Below, one piece after another: positions 48,641 through 59,208 of a DNA stretch of 64,000 nucleotides. The translations under genes were made by a program, and so were the position numbers. This stretch comes from Spirochaetia bacterium (GTDB lineage: Bacteria; Spirochaetota; Spirochaetia; DSM-2461). Below the pieces are notes generated by a model. That model did not search any database, was not told where the DNA came from, and saw nothing but the letters and a program-made list of their open reading frames with translations. Positions within the stretch are counted from its first letter, which is position 1, and each line of letters opens with the position of its first letter. Location: NCBI GenBank assembly GCA_963666985.2, contig CAXXIA010000002.1:1440001-1504000 (forward strand), read 5' to 3'.

Positions 48641-49504
48641 ATGAAAAAGAACGGATTCAGAACCGCAGCCGCCGTATTGATTGCCGCCGCCGCTCTCATC
48701 ACCGGTCCGGCCGGCTGTTCGAAAAACGATTCAACGAAGAATACGGCCGCCGCTTCCGACGACACGGCCGTCGCCGAGCCCCTCATCGTGGCCATGGAAC
48801 TGCAGTTCCCGCCCTTTGAGATGGCCGAAGCCGACGGCACTCCTTCCGGGATCAGCGTGGACACCGCTTACGCCTTGGGCGAATACCTGGACAGGCCGGT
48901 CGTGATTGAAAATACCGCCTGGACGGGGCTTATCCCTTCCATTCAATCGGGCAAGGCGGACATCATCATCTCCTCCATGAGTATTACCGACGAACGAGCC
49001 GAAGTGGTGGACTTCTCCATTCCTTACGCGGCCTCGGGCGTTACCCTGCTGATCAACAAAGATTCATCTGTGAAAAGTTATCGCGAGCTGTCGGAAGACG
49101 GCGTCATCGTCGCGGTGAAGTCGGGAACCATCGGCGCCATTTGGGCGGCCGAAAATCTGCCGGCCGACAAGATCCGCATCTTCGATGAGGTGGCCGCCTG
49201 CGCTCTGGAAGTTTCCCAAGGCAAAGCCGATGCCTTTATTTATGACGGACTCACAACGTTCGAGCTTCAGAAGAAGTTCCCGGACTCAACCTTCGTCAAC
49301 CTGGAAAACCTGCCGGGAACCCTCGGCGGATGGGGAATGGCCATGAAAAAGGGCAACACCGAACTTAAAACCGGCGCCGATGCCTTCATCAGGGAGTTCC
49401 GAGCCTCCGGAGGATTCACCGAGCTGGAGCGGAAATACCTGAAAGACATGCGGCAGGTGTTCGACGATGCCGGACTGCCCTCTTTTTTCGATATTGAAGA
49501 TTAA
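48641..49504 (+). CDS. Polar amino-acid ABC transporter substrate-binding lipoprotein
   Basis: AGC lipobox, FPPFE, SSMSITDER...VDFS. Confidence 0.92.
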   Translation: MKKNGFRTAAAVLIAAAALITGPAGCSKNDSTKNTAAASDDTAVAEPLIVAMELQFPPFEMAEADGTPSGISVDTAYALGEYLDRPVVIENTAWTGLIPSIQSGKADIIISSMSITDERAEVVDFSIPYAASGVTLLINKDSSVKSYRELSEDGVIVAVKSGTIGAIWAAENLPADKIRIFDEVAACALEVSQGKADAFIYDGLTTFELQKKFPDSTFVNLENLPGTLGGWGMAMKKGNTELKTGADAFIREFRASGGFTELERKYLKDMRQVFDDAGLPSFFDIED

Positions 49505-49525
49505 CCGCCGAAGGAGATCCGATCG

Positions 49526-50299
49526 GTGAACCCGCTGATTGAAAAAAACGGCCGGGACAATCCGTGGGGCCGCGCTTTCAGCGGACTCCTGGTCGTCCTG
49601 GCCCTGACGGCGGTGTTCTGGTTCGGCTTCAGCCGTCTCGGATACCGTTTCGCTTGGGCAACCATCTACGATTATCGGGTGAATTTCCTGCGGGGCTACG
49701 GCACCACTCTCCTCATCGCCGCCCTCTCGCTGGGACTCAGTCTGCTGTTGGGCATCATCTTCGGCATAGGTCAGTCCAGCTCATTCCTGCCCTACCGGTA
49801 TCTCTCGCGCTTTTATATCGAATTGATTCGCGGTACGCCGCTGCTGGTTCAAATCCTTATCTTTTTTTATGTGGTAGCCAATGCCGCGGGGCTGAATAAC
49901 CGCTTCGTTGTGGGAGTGCTTACCATGTCGCTGTTCTCCGGAGCCTATATCGCCGAAATCATCCGCGGCGGCGTGGAAAGCATCGCCGAAAGTCAGCTGG
50001 AAACCGCCAGGTCGCTGGGATTCACCCCTTGGCTGACCTATCGACATGTCGTCTTTCCTCAGGTTATCACCCGGATTCTCCCCTCCCTGGCCGGCCAGCT
50101 GGCCTCGCTCATCAAGGACTCCTCACTTCTCTCGGTCATCGCGATAAAAGAGTTCACCATGGCGGCCAGAGAAATGAACGCCAATACGTTCTCCACCATG
50201 GAAGCCTACATTCCCCTGGCCGTCGGCTACCTCTTGCTGACTCTGCCCATTTCCCGGCTTACGCGGTATCTGGAGAAAAAGTTCAGCTATGAAACTTGA
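49526..50299 (+). CDS. Amino-acid ABC transporter permease
   Basis: RGTPLLVQ, AYIAEIIRGG, EAA-like ETARSLG, LIKDSSL. Confidence 0.93.
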   Translation: MNPLIEKNGRDNPWGRAFSGLLVVLALTAVFWFGFSRLGYRFAWATIYDYRVNFLRGYGTTLLIAALSLGLSLLLGIIFGIGQSSSFLPYRYLSRFYIELIRGTPLLVQILIFFYVVANAAGLNNRFVVGVLTMSLFSGAYIAEIIRGGVESIAESQLETARSLGFTPWLTYRHVVFPQVITRILPSLAGQLASLIKDSSLLSVIAIKEFTMAAREMNANTFSTMEAYIPLAVGYLLLTLPISRLTRYLEKKFSYET

Positions 50300-51026
50300 A
50301 CTGGAACTCCTTTCGAAGTCTTACGGCGATACGGCTGTGCTGGATAACGTATCCCTGCTTCTGGAAGATTTGCATTCAATGGTTTTCGTCGGGCCCTCCG
50401 GCGGCGGCAAAACCACACTGCTGAGGCTCATTGCCGGATTGGAGACCCCCACCAATGGCCGAATCCTGGTAAACGACCATCCGGTGGAGTTCGAAAGCGA
50501 GGTTACTCTACGGGAATACCGCAAACGCATCGGCATGGTCTTTCAGGCTTACAATCTTTTCCCCCATTTGACGGCCCTGAAGAACATCACCCTGCCTTTG
50601 GTACTGGTTCACGGCTACAGGGAATCCGAGGCAAACGATGAAGCCATGACCCTTCTGGAACGTTTTCATCTGGCCGACCATGCCCGAAAGAAACCCGCCC
50701 AGCTTTCCGGCGGACAGAAACAGCGCATTGCCATCAGCCGAGCCGTGGCCATCAAGCCGGAGTTTCTGCTTCTTGACGAGCCGACCAGTGCTCTGGATCC
50801 CGAATATACATCCGAAGTTCTGGATCTGATCGGAGAGCTTCATGAGGAAGGAATGCGGCTGATACTGGTTACTCATGAAATGGGCTTCGCCCGTCAGGCG
50901 GCGGAAAGAATGCTCTTCATCGGCGACGGCGGCATCGTGGCCGAAGGATCTCCGGAAGAACTCTTCGACGGCCATGCCGATCCTCGGGTGAAGCGTTTTT
51001 TCGACAAGGTACTGAAATACAGCTGA
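50289..51026 (+). CDS. Amino-acid ABC transporter ATP-binding protein
   Basis: GPSGGGKTT, LSGGQKQR, DEPTSALDPE, THEMGFA. Confidence 0.94.
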   Translation: MKLELELLSKSYGDTAVLDNVSLLLEDLHSMVFVGPSGGGKTTLLRLIAGLETPTNGRILVNDHPVEFESEVTLREYRKRIGMVFQAYNLFPHLTALKNITLPLVLVHGYRESEANDEAMTLLERFHLADHARKKPAQLSGGQKQRIAISRAVAIKPEFLLLDEPTSALDPEYTSEVLDLIGELHEEGMRLILVTHEMGFARQAAERMLFIGDGGIVAEGSPEELFDGHADPRVKRFFDKVLKYS

Positions 51027-51186
51027 GGCGCTTCGTTTCCCGCACATCCCCCCTGCCGATAATTCGAACATCAGGCTTTATAAGCCGCCAACTGGAAATG
51101 AACCATCAAAGTCCGTATGGAGAACAAATCCAATAACCTATATGTTGTGCAAACCACCCTGAAAATCACAAAGGAACTTAAATATA

Positions 51187-51906
51187 ATGACAGGTCCGTT
51201 TATCGACAGTATAGGCATTATCTCCGGAAGCTGCCTGGGAGCATTGTTCGGAAGAAAAATCCCAAAAACCATTCAGGAAAAACTTCCGCTTGTATTTGGA
51301 TGTATTTCCATGGGGATTGGAGTGTCCATGATTGTTAAAATACACAATCTTACTCCGGTTGTTTTGGCCTTGCTTATCGGAACCATTCTCGGAATGCTTT
51401 GCCGTCTGGAAGAGGGTGTTAACAATTTTGGTTCACTTTCCCGCAGAATAGTGGAACGTCTTTTCAAGCCGCCGGGAAATGGTATAACCGATGAAATTTT
51501 CGCTGAAAAATTTGCGGCCATGGTTGTTCTCTTCGGGTTCAGCGGTGTCAGTTTCATGGGAGCCGTTACCGAAGGACTAACAGGAGACTTTACACTTCTA
51601 ACGGTAAAAGCTCTCTTGGACTTCTTTACCGCGGCAATTTTCGCCATATCCCTGGGATTTGCTTTGGCCTCAACCTTTGTTATTCAATTAACGGTTCAAA
51701 CCATCCTTCTGTTTGCCGCAATGCAGATAGCTCCATATATGAATGAAATTGTTATGGGAGACTTTTCCGCTGTAGGAGGGATTATTATGTTGGCAACCGG
51801 ATTTAATATCTGCGGACTTCTGCAGTTTCCTCTTACAAGTATGCTGCCCTCATTGATTCTTATCATCCCCTTATCAACGTTCTGGATGAATCATTTTGCC
51901 GCCTAA
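51187..51906 (+). CDS. DUF554 (YdfK-like) membrane protein
   Basis: MTGPFI...G, EGLTGD...KALLD, GGIIMLATG. Confidence 0.85.
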   Translation: MTGPFIDSIGIISGSCLGALFGRKIPKTIQEKLPLVFGCISMGIGVSMIVKIHNLTPVVLALLIGTILGMLCRLEEGVNNFGSLSRRIVERLFKPPGNGITDEIFAEKFAAMVVLFGFSGVSFMGAVTEGLTGDFTLLTVKALLDFFTAAIFAISLGFALASTFVIQLTVQTILLFAAMQIAPYMNEIVMGDFSAVGGIIMLATGFNICGLLQFPLTSMLPSLILIIPLSTFWMNHFAA

Positions 51907-52022
51907 CGGAGTGCGGCAAAAACACATCTGGAATCTTTAACCGTACATATTTCTCAATTGTATTAGGGAAAAAAGAGCCTAGGCTCTGAGGCTGCGCCTG
52001 AGGAACTCCGGAGATAACCGGC

Positions 52023-52940
52023 CTATTCCAAACCGCCCTTCTCCTCAATGCCTTCAAGCACCGATTTCACCGCTTCCCGAAACGGGGTTGTCTTTATCAG
52101 TCCGAGGGCTTCCATGTGGGGACAGGCCAGCCGAACATCCTTCGGCCTGGGAGCCCCGGAAGGAGGCCTCTCATCCGCCGCGGCGCGACCGGGATTAATC
52201 CCGACACATTCGGCCAAAACGGCTCCCATATCCCTTTTCGTGTAAGACTCTTCGGGACAGAAATGCAGCCGCGGACCGGGCAGATTCCCGTCCATTAATC
52301 CGGGTAAAAGACCGACAATCGCCGCGGCCACATCGGGCGTATACGCCGGATACCGCGTTTGCCGTGCATCAAGAGGAACCGGACCGTCGGTGTCAAGAAA
52401 ATCCCGGAGAATCACGGTTACCGAAGATTCGGACAGATTGTCCGAGGGGCCGTAAAGCATCGGTACCCGCAGGATTCGATTTTCAGCCGATGCGCCGATC
52501 ATCGCCTTCTCCCCGGCCAGCTTGCTTTTCCCGTAAGCATTCAGAGGATTCGGGGCATCATCGGGATGATATGGCGGCGCGGTACCGTCGAAGACATAAT
52601 TGGTTGAAAGAAACAAAATTGGGATTTCCCGTTCCGCGCACAGCCTTGCCAGCGATTCGGTCGCGATGATATTGAGACTTTCGGCCGCCTCCGGGTTCTC
52701 GGCATAAACATCCGGACGCCGTTCGGCGGCCAAATGCACCAGCGCCGAAGGCTTTATTTCATCCAGCCAGGCGGCCGTCGCCGACTCATCCAGAAGATCC
52801 ACCTTATCCAAGCCGCCTTTCGCCCGGGAAAAAGCGGCCCCGCGAACCTGAAAACGGGAATCGAAATCAAGAAGAGACATTAAAGGGCGTCCCAGAAGAC
52901 CGGAGGCGCCTGTTACCGCAATTAAAGGTTTTTCGCTCAT
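52023..52940 (-). CDS. RmlD/MAT2B-like NAD(P)-dependent extended SDR
   Basis: TGASGLLG, AAERRPD, STNYVFDG, PLNAYGKSK, LRVPMLYG. Confidence 0.85.
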   Translation of the reverse strand: MSEKPLIAVTGASGLLGRPLMSLLDFDSRFQVRGAAFSRAKGGLDKVDLLDESATAAWLDEIKPSALVHLAAERRPDVYAENPEAAESLNIIATESLARLCAEREIPILFLSTNYVFDGTAPPYHPDDAPNPLNAYGKSKLAGEKAMIGASAENRILRVPMLYGPSDNLSESSVTVILRDFLDTDGPVPLDARQTRYPAYTPDVAAAIVGLLPGLMDGNLPGPRLHFCPEESYTKRDMGAVLAECVGINPGRAAADERPPSGAPRPKDVRLACPHMEALGLIKTTPFREAVKSVLEGIEEKGGLE

Positions 52941-52962
52941 TACTTCATTATACAGCTTTTCT

Positions 52963-55293
52963 TTATGCCGCTTTCTTTGCATAGAGAAACTTCTGAAAAG
53001 AGACGAAGATATCTTTTATTGTGCTTATTTCTCCCAAAACTTCAGATGCATCGGATATGGAAAGGTACTTTAAAGCCAGCAATTCCGGCAGCTTCTCCTG
53101 GTCCAGTTCATCCACACCCACTTCTATATATTTGGATAAGACAAAATCAAGAAACTCTTTCTGCTTGTCGTCGATGCCGCTATATATTTGAGACCGGGCC
53201 AATTCAACCCGTTCATCTCTTGTAATCGGTTTAACGGCAAACGACACATACTCCAGAACGTCAAAAAGGTCGCTTTTTTCAGCATTAATCAGCTGCTTCA
53301 GGGTAAAAAGATCTTCTTTGGTAAAGCCAGCTTCATCAAGGCGTTCAAGCAGCGTTCTTCTGGTTGATGGAACCGACCAAATCTTACGGAGTTCTTCTTC
53401 ACTTTTAAAAAAACCCGGCAATTTTCCAAAGAGTGTATTTAAATATTCTTCCGCCGAAATCGGTTTGCCGTCGGGGCTCCAGAAGGAGGTGGAAACCATG
53501 TGCTGTATTTCCCGTTCTTTCCCATCGCGAAGCTTGATTTTAATCTTCTTCCGCTTCTCTTTATCTGTTCCCTCGTCACTATCAAACGGGTCCGGTTCTT
53601 TAACCATGAGCGGTTCTGCGGATTCCGGCTGTTCATACGGCTCGGGTTCCAATGGCTCACCGTCCCATTCGGGATCGAGAAAGTGATGATAGGCGCCGAC
53701 AAAATCGTAAAGGGTAAAATAGTCTTTGCCTTCAAATAATCGTGTTCCCCTTCCAATAATCTGCTTGAATTCAATCATTGAATTAACAGGACGAAGCAAA
53801 ACGATGTTTCTGATATTCCTTGCATCAACACCGGTTGAAAGCTTTTGGGAAGTTGTCAGAATCGTCGGGATAGTCTTATCGTTATCCTGAAAGTCTCGTA
53901 AATATTGTTCACCGAGTACTCCGTCGTTGGCCGTAACCCTGTGGCAGTAATTCGGATCTGTTGACCGCTTGTTTTGATTTATAAGATCCCGAACTGCCAA
54001 GGCGTGGTCTTGAGTCGCGCAAAACACAATTGTCTTTTCTTTTTGATTTATCTCATCAAGAACAACCTTAACCCGCTTCTCTTCACGCTCTCGAATCTCA
54101 ATAATTTTGTTGAAATCGCCCTCTGTATATTCCTTTCCCTCTTCAACTTCCCCTTCGATTACCGTGTCGTCGGAAACATAAATATAAGAATCAATTGTTG
54201 TTTGAATGCGTTTAACCTTGAACGGTGTTAAGAATCCGTCGTTGATGCCTTCTTTCAGCGAATAGATATAAACCGGTTCTCCGAAATATCTGTAGGTATC
54301 GACATTATCATTCCTCTTTGGCGTGGCCGTTAAACCAAGCTGAACAGCCGGAGAAAAATATTCCATAATTCCCCGCCAGTTGGATTCATCATTGGCCCCG
54401 CCTCTATGGCACTCATCAATGATAATGAAATCAAAAAAATCCGGAGGATAATCACCAAAATACGGAGAAGGCCGGCCTTCTTTATCCGTTCCGCTCATAA
54501 AGGTTTGAAAAATCGTAAAAAAGATACTGCCGTTTGTGGGAACCCGGCCTTTTTTCTTTATGGAATTCGGATCAATACGAATGAGCGCATCTTCGGGAAA
54601 AACGTTGAACGCGTTAAAAGCCTGATCCGCAAGAAAATTCCGGTCCGCCAGAAACAATATCCGGGGACAGCGGGAACCGTCCCTTTTCAGGTTCCATCGC
54701 GTTTGAAACAATTTCCAGGCAATTTGAAAGGCGATATATGTTTTTCCGGTTCCGGTGGCCAGCGTCAGCAGAATCCTTGATTTATTTTCGGAAACGGCAT
54801 CCAAGGCCCTGTTTACCGCTATTTCCTGATAAAACCTCGGCGGCTTAGTTCCGCTGATATCCTCGAAAGGAATCTCGTTAAACGCATCACGCCATTGATT
54901 TCCCTCTTCGTGAACCATGGCCCACAATTCATCCGGCGATGGGAACGTCCGTACAAGACCTTCCCGGCCGTTCTTCATGCAAATTTGATAAATCTCACGT
55001 CCATTGGCGACATAGGTATAATCTATCTTCAGTTTGTCGGCATAAGCTTTTGCCTGGGCGACACCCTCGCCAACGGGCAGTTCATCACTCTTTGCTTCAA
55101 TAACGGCCAGTTTGACATTTTTATAGGAGAGAATGTAATCGGCTTTCAACGGCTTACTTCGTCTTCCGCCGGTTTGAATTTTCCCGTTCGTTATTTGATA
55201 TTCGCGGAACACCTTCGTTTCAGCGGTTTGCCCCCATCCGCATTGCAGCAATACAGGATCAATCAGCTCAGCTCTGGTTTCCGCTTCGTTCAT
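52963..55293 (-). CDS. hsdR: Type I restriction enzyme R subunit (EcoAI/EcoEI-like)
   Basis: AD...IEAK nuclease motif, LATGTGKT, DECH, TATP, QIIGRGTR. Confidence 0.95.
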   Translation of the reverse strand: MNEAETRAELIDPVLLQCGWGQTAETKVFREYQITNGKIQTGGRRSKPLKADYILSYKNVKLAVIEAKSDELPVGEGVAQAKAYADKLKIDYTYVANGREIYQICMKNGREGLVRTFPSPDELWAMVHEEGNQWRDAFNEIPFEDISGTKPPRFYQEIAVNRALDAVSENKSRILLTLATGTGKTYIAFQIAWKLFQTRWNLKRDGSRCPRILFLADRNFLADQAFNAFNVFPEDALIRIDPNSIKKKGRVPTNGSIFFTIFQTFMSGTDKEGRPSPYFGDYPPDFFDFIIIDECHRGGANDESNWRGIMEYFSPAVQLGLTATPKRNDNVDTYRYFGEPVYIYSLKEGINDGFLTPFKVKRIQTTIDSYIYVSDDTVIEGEVEEGKEYTEGDFNKIIEIREREEKRVKVVLDEINQKEKTIVFCATQDHALAVRDLINQNKRSTDPNYCHRVTANDGVLGEQYLRDFQDNDKTIPTILTTSQKLSTGVDARNIRNIVLLRPVNSMIEFKQIIGRGTRLFEGKDYFTLYDFVGAYHHFLDPEWDGEPLEPEPYEQPESAEPLMVKEPDPFDSDEGTDKEKRKKIKIKLRDGKEREIQHMVSTSFWSPDGKPISAEEYLNTLFGKLPGFFKSEEELRKIWSVPSTRRTLLERLDEAGFTKEDLFTLKQLINAEKSDLFDVLEYVSFAVKPITRDERVELARSQIYSGIDDKQKEFLDFVLSKYIEVGVDELDQEKLPELLALKYLSISDASEVLGEISTIKDIFVSFQKFLYAKKAA

Positions 55294-56309
55294 GGGAGGT
55301 CCTTTTTATGCTCCAACAGTCTTTTCCGGATAGCTTCGAGTTCCTTTATATCCTCTTCATCGGCAGCCAAGACTTCATCAGCTTTACGTTTATAATCAAA
55401 TTTATCATACCGCAGTTCAGCCAATTTCTTCGCAACTTCCGCTTTTACTTTGCCGGCATGCGTTAAAAGCTCCTGTTCGTTGAACGTTAAAAACGCATCC
55501 AGTTTATCCGACCATTGGACCATAGTGATTGTTTTTCTTTGCCGTGCCTGCAACTCCGCGTAATCGAGATACATGGTGACAATTTGATTAAGGTTTTTTA
55601 TTTCATCAGCATTCAGGTAGTTCTTTGCAACGGCAACATCTCGCTTGCGGACGATTAACCCCTGCCATGAGGTTAGGCCCATATTCGGCAATTCCGGATT
55701 ACTGCGTGATTCAATCAGCTCGGCGGCCGTTTTGCCGGTGATGGCCCAAAGCATCTTATTTTGTACTTTTTTAAAGAAGAGTTGAGCCTCTTCCGAAGTC
55801 TTGTCGTAATCAACAGCAGTTGCATAAATATCCCTGATTTTCTGATAAAACCGCTTTTCCGATGCCCGAATGTCGCGGATACGTTCGAGCCATTCGTCAA
55901 AATAATCCCATCTATCAGCTTTTTTAAGACGTTGATCGTCCATGGCAAAGCCTTTGATGATGTATTCCTTAAGAATGCTTGTGGCCCAAATTCGAAACTG
56001 GGTTGCCCGTTTGGAATTTACCCGGTAGCCAACGGCGATTATGGCGTCAAGATTGTAAAAATCCTTGTTCCGTGTTACCTGTCGTCCACCTTCATTTTGA
56101 ACTGTTTCCATTTTGGAAACAGTTGCCTCTCTATGAAGTTCTCCTTCTTCATAGATATTGGACAAATGCTTTGATATTGCAGGAACATTTACGCCAAAAA
56201 GCTCCGCCATGGCGCTTTGATTGAGCCAGATTGTTTCATTCCGTAGAATGGTATCGACTTTAACGTCACCTTCTGGAGTTGTGTAGAGGATGATCTGAGA
56301 TTGATTCAT
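55290..56309 (-). CDS. rhuM: RhuM family protein
   Basis: ETIWL, YNLDAIIAVGYRVNSKRATQFRIWAT, RIRDIRASEKRFY, VQNK, MGLTSW, AKNYL. Confidence 0.88.
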   Translation of the reverse strand: MNQSQIILYTTPEGDVKVDTILRNETIWLNQSAMAELFGVNVPAISKHLSNIYEEGELHREATVSKMETVQNEGGRQVTRNKDFYNLDAIIAVGYRVNSKRATQFRIWATSILKEYIIKGFAMDDQRLKKADRWDYFDEWLERIRDIRASEKRFYQKIRDIYATAVDYDKTSEEAQLFFKKVQNKMLWAITGKTAAELIESRSNPELPNMGLTSWQGLIVRKRDVAVAKNYLNADEIKNLNQIVTMYLDYAELQARQRKTITMVQWSDKLDAFLTFNEQELLTHAGKVKAEVAKKLAELRYDKFDYKRKADEVLAADEEDIKELEAIRKRLLEHKKDLP

Positions 56310-57547
56310 AATTCCCCCTCAAAGGCTTTCTTCAGAATGGATTTTTTGAGTTCTTCGAGGGCTGCGATTTTTTGCTGATAGATTTCTTTTAAATGTAAAC
56401 TTCCTAATTTTATAGTTTGTGTTTTTTTAATAATTTGTTCTTGTGTTTCTAAATTTGGATATGAAATTTGATAATTATTAATTAATGCTTTCGTCAGAGC
56501 TTGGCGGGTTGCACCATTTTTATCACCAGAAAGTAATAATCTTTCTTTGTGAGACTTTGAAATCAACATAAAATGTAAAAACTCAGGCATTACCATATCA
56601 GGCTTTAATCTTATAATCGAAACATGTTGATTGACTCTTGCCGGTAAAACATTGTCAGGGACAATATTGCATCTTGCAATAGAGGCTCCTGTAATATTTA
56701 ACAAAACATCTCTTGATTTAATAATAACATTTGAAAGTTTTTCCGCTTGGGATTCATTAATAAACGCCAAATTTTCATATTTAAATTCATCATCATGAAT
56801 ATTTAGACTACGAATTAAAGATATACCACTATCTTTATATGCTTTTTGACCACCTAATGGTGTAGCACCGCTACCTACTTTAAGAGTTATTTTCTGAATG
56901 GTTTTCTCGTCCCAATCCTCACCAGGATTGGCAAAAATCCCGTTCAGATGGCTTTCAAACAATTCCTTCGCGTTGGCCAGATTCTTTTCGGCATTCTCTT
57001 TCGCCTTGTCGATGAAGGCAAAGGCTTCATCGAGAATGGCCACTATACGCTTTTGTTCAGCTATTGGAGGAATGGGAATTTCTACTGAACTAACTAAAGC
57101 AATATTTAAATTTCGAACTGTAGAACCAGCGGCAAGTAAGTCAAACTGAAAAAAAATTATCGGAGAACAAAGTATGTAATACAAAAAATTTTGATCTATC
57201 TCATATTTTTTCTTATCTCGTAAAACAAGCCAGCCATCATGAATACAGCCTGTTGTCTTCATAATGTAAGGTCGACCAAAGCTCATTGAATTTGAAAGAA
57301 GAAAATCTCCTTCCTTTACAAATCTGGTTTTTTTTAAACCTTCAACAATAATTTTTTCTTTAGTTTCATAGATATATTTATTAGATGCTGAAGCATCACC
57401 AATTTTTATCCAGTTTAAACCATCAGCTGAATCTGTTAGATACTTTTTTATAGGTCGTGGAGAACCGCCTCTTTCAACTGTAAATACATCACTTATCTTT
57501 TTAACTTCCCACCCATCCGGCAATCGGTGCCCAACCACGTTCTTCAT
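56306..57547 (-). CDS. hsdS: Type I R-M specificity subunit
   Basis: Two AT-rich TRDs separated by a conserved region (IPIPPIAEQKRIV..LD), and C-terminal LKKAFEGEL. Confidence 0.93.
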   Translation of the reverse strand: MKNVVGHRLPDGWEVKKISDVFTVERGGSPRPIKKYLTDSADGLNWIKIGDASASNKYIYETKEKIIVEGLKKTRFVKEGDFLLSNSMSFGRPYIMKTTGCIHDGWLVLRDKKKYEIDQNFLYYILCSPIIFFQFDLLAAGSTVRNLNIALVSSVEIPIPPIAEQKRIVAILDEAFAFIDKAKENAEKNLANAKELFESHLNGIFANPGEDWDEKTIQKITLKVGSGATPLGGQKAYKDSGISLIRSLNIHDDEFKYENLAFINESQAEKLSNVIIKSRDVLLNITGASIARCNIVPDNVLPARVNQHVSIIRLKPDMVMPEFLHFMLISKSHKERLLLSGDKNGATRQALTKALINNYQISYPNLETQEQIIKKTQTIKLGSLHLKEIYQQKIAALEELKKSILKKAFEGEL

Positions 57548-58998
57548 ACCAGCTCCCGCACCTTCTTCAATATCTCCGCGCTTTCCCTATCCAATGCGGC
57601 TATTTCGGCCAGTATTTCTTTTGGTTCCCGAAGTACGATTTCATCCTTCTTATTGGGATTCTTTACGGAAAGATCAAAAGTATCCTGATTGATATCCTTT
57701 ACATCAATGCTCCAGGAATTATCGGAATCCGCCTTGGTTTTTTGCAGGTTCACAAAGTCGGCAAGGTCATTTTCATTTAAGGGGTTGGTTTTCCCCAGAT
57801 TGCGCTCCAGATTCAGTTGGTAATACCATATCTTCCTGGTGGGGGCTCCTTTCTCAAAGAACAGAACAACGGTTTTCACCCCCGCGCCCTGAAACACGCC
57901 ACCCGGCAAATCAAGAACCGTGTGCAGGCTACAGCCCTCCAGCAGAGTTCTCCTTAAGGAAACCGAAGCGTTATCGGTATTGGAAAGAAAGGTGTTTTTG
58001 ATAACCACACCGGCCTGTCCGCCGGCTTTCAGAATCTTGATAAAATGCTGTAGAAACAGAAAGGCTGTTTCACCGGTTTTTATCGGAAAGTTCTGCTGAA
58101 CTTCCTTGCGTTCCTTGCCTCCGAACGGAGGATTGGCCAGGATAACGTCATAGCGGTCTTTCTCCTGAATATCGCTGATATTTTCCGAAAGCGTATTGGT
58201 ATGAATGATGTTCGGTGCTTCAATACCATGGAGAATCATGTTCATAATGCCGATGATGTAGGCCAGCGATTTCTTTTCCTTTCCATAGAAGGTGTTTTTC
58301 TGCAAAACCTTCATGTCTTTGGTGGAAAGATTCTTGCCCTTCTTCAGATACTCGAAAGCTTCACATAAGAATCCCGCGGAACCGCAGGCCCCGTCATAGA
58401 TCCTTTTTCCTATTTGAGGAGCCGCAACCTTTACAATTGTCCGAATAAGCGGACGCGGAGTGTAATATTCGCCGCCGTTCCGTCCGGCATTGCCCATGTT
58501 CTGGATTTTGCCTTCATACAGATGACTCATTTCATGTTTTTCTTTATGACTTCTGAAACGCAGTTCATCCACAAAATTGATAACTTCCCGCAGGTTGTAA
58601 CCACTTTGAATTTTGTTTTTCAGCTCATTGAAGATTTCACCAATCTTGTATTCGATGGTGTCGGGGCTGTCCGCCTGAGTCTTGAACTTCTTTAAATATG
58701 GAAATAGCTTCCCATCGACAAAATCACGAAGATCATCGCCGGTAAGGGCTTTGTGGTAATCAAGCTTGCCGGATTCTGTTTTGGGTGCCGCCCATTTTTC
58801 CCAGCGGAATTCCTCTTTGATTATCGGGGAATAGATTTTTCCGGTCAGTTCGGCAGCCGCTTCCCGGTCTTTTTCAAGATCATCCAAATACTTTAAAAAT
58901 AAAACCCATGATGTTTGTTCTACATAATCCAGTTCGCTGGAACAACCCGCGTCTTTATGTAAAATGTCGTCGATATTTTTGAATGTCTGCTCAAACAT
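57544..58998 (-). CDS. hsdM: Type I R-M N6-adenine methyltransferase
   Basis: GEYYTPR, YDGACGSAGFL and NPPF motifs. Confidence 0.95.
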   Translation of the reverse strand: MFEQTFKNIDDILHKDAGCSSELDYVEQTSWVLFLKYLDDLEKDREAAAELTGKIYSPIIKEEFRWEKWAAPKTESGKLDYHKALTGDDLRDFVDGKLFPYLKKFKTQADSPDTIEYKIGEIFNELKNKIQSGYNLREVINFVDELRFRSHKEKHEMSHLYEGKIQNMGNAGRNGGEYYTPRPLIRTIVKVAAPQIGKRIYDGACGSAGFLCEAFEYLKKGKNLSTKDMKVLQKNTFYGKEKKSLAYIIGIMNMILHGIEAPNIIHTNTLSENISDIQEKDRYDVILANPPFGGKERKEVQQNFPIKTGETAFLFLQHFIKILKAGGQAGVVIKNTFLSNTDNASVSLRRTLLEGCSLHTVLDLPGGVFQGAGVKTVVLFFEKGAPTRKIWYYQLNLERNLGKTNPLNENDLADFVNLQKTKADSDNSWSIDVKDINQDTFDLSVKNPNKKDEIVLREPKEILAEIAALDRESAEILKKVRELV

Positions 58999-59208
58999 GC
59001 TTGCTCATCCTCTGTTTTTGCGGCGCGGGTGATTTCTTGGCGCGATTTCTTCATACCGCTTGTTATTTATATCATTTTTTTCTTTCGGCGTGATTCCGCC
59101 TATAACAGACTCCTTACAAAACACATCGATGCTCCGCCATTCAACATCACGGCCATGCGGGGGTACAATCCCATTCGAGATCAACAAAAGCAATCAGGAA
59201 TATTTCCA

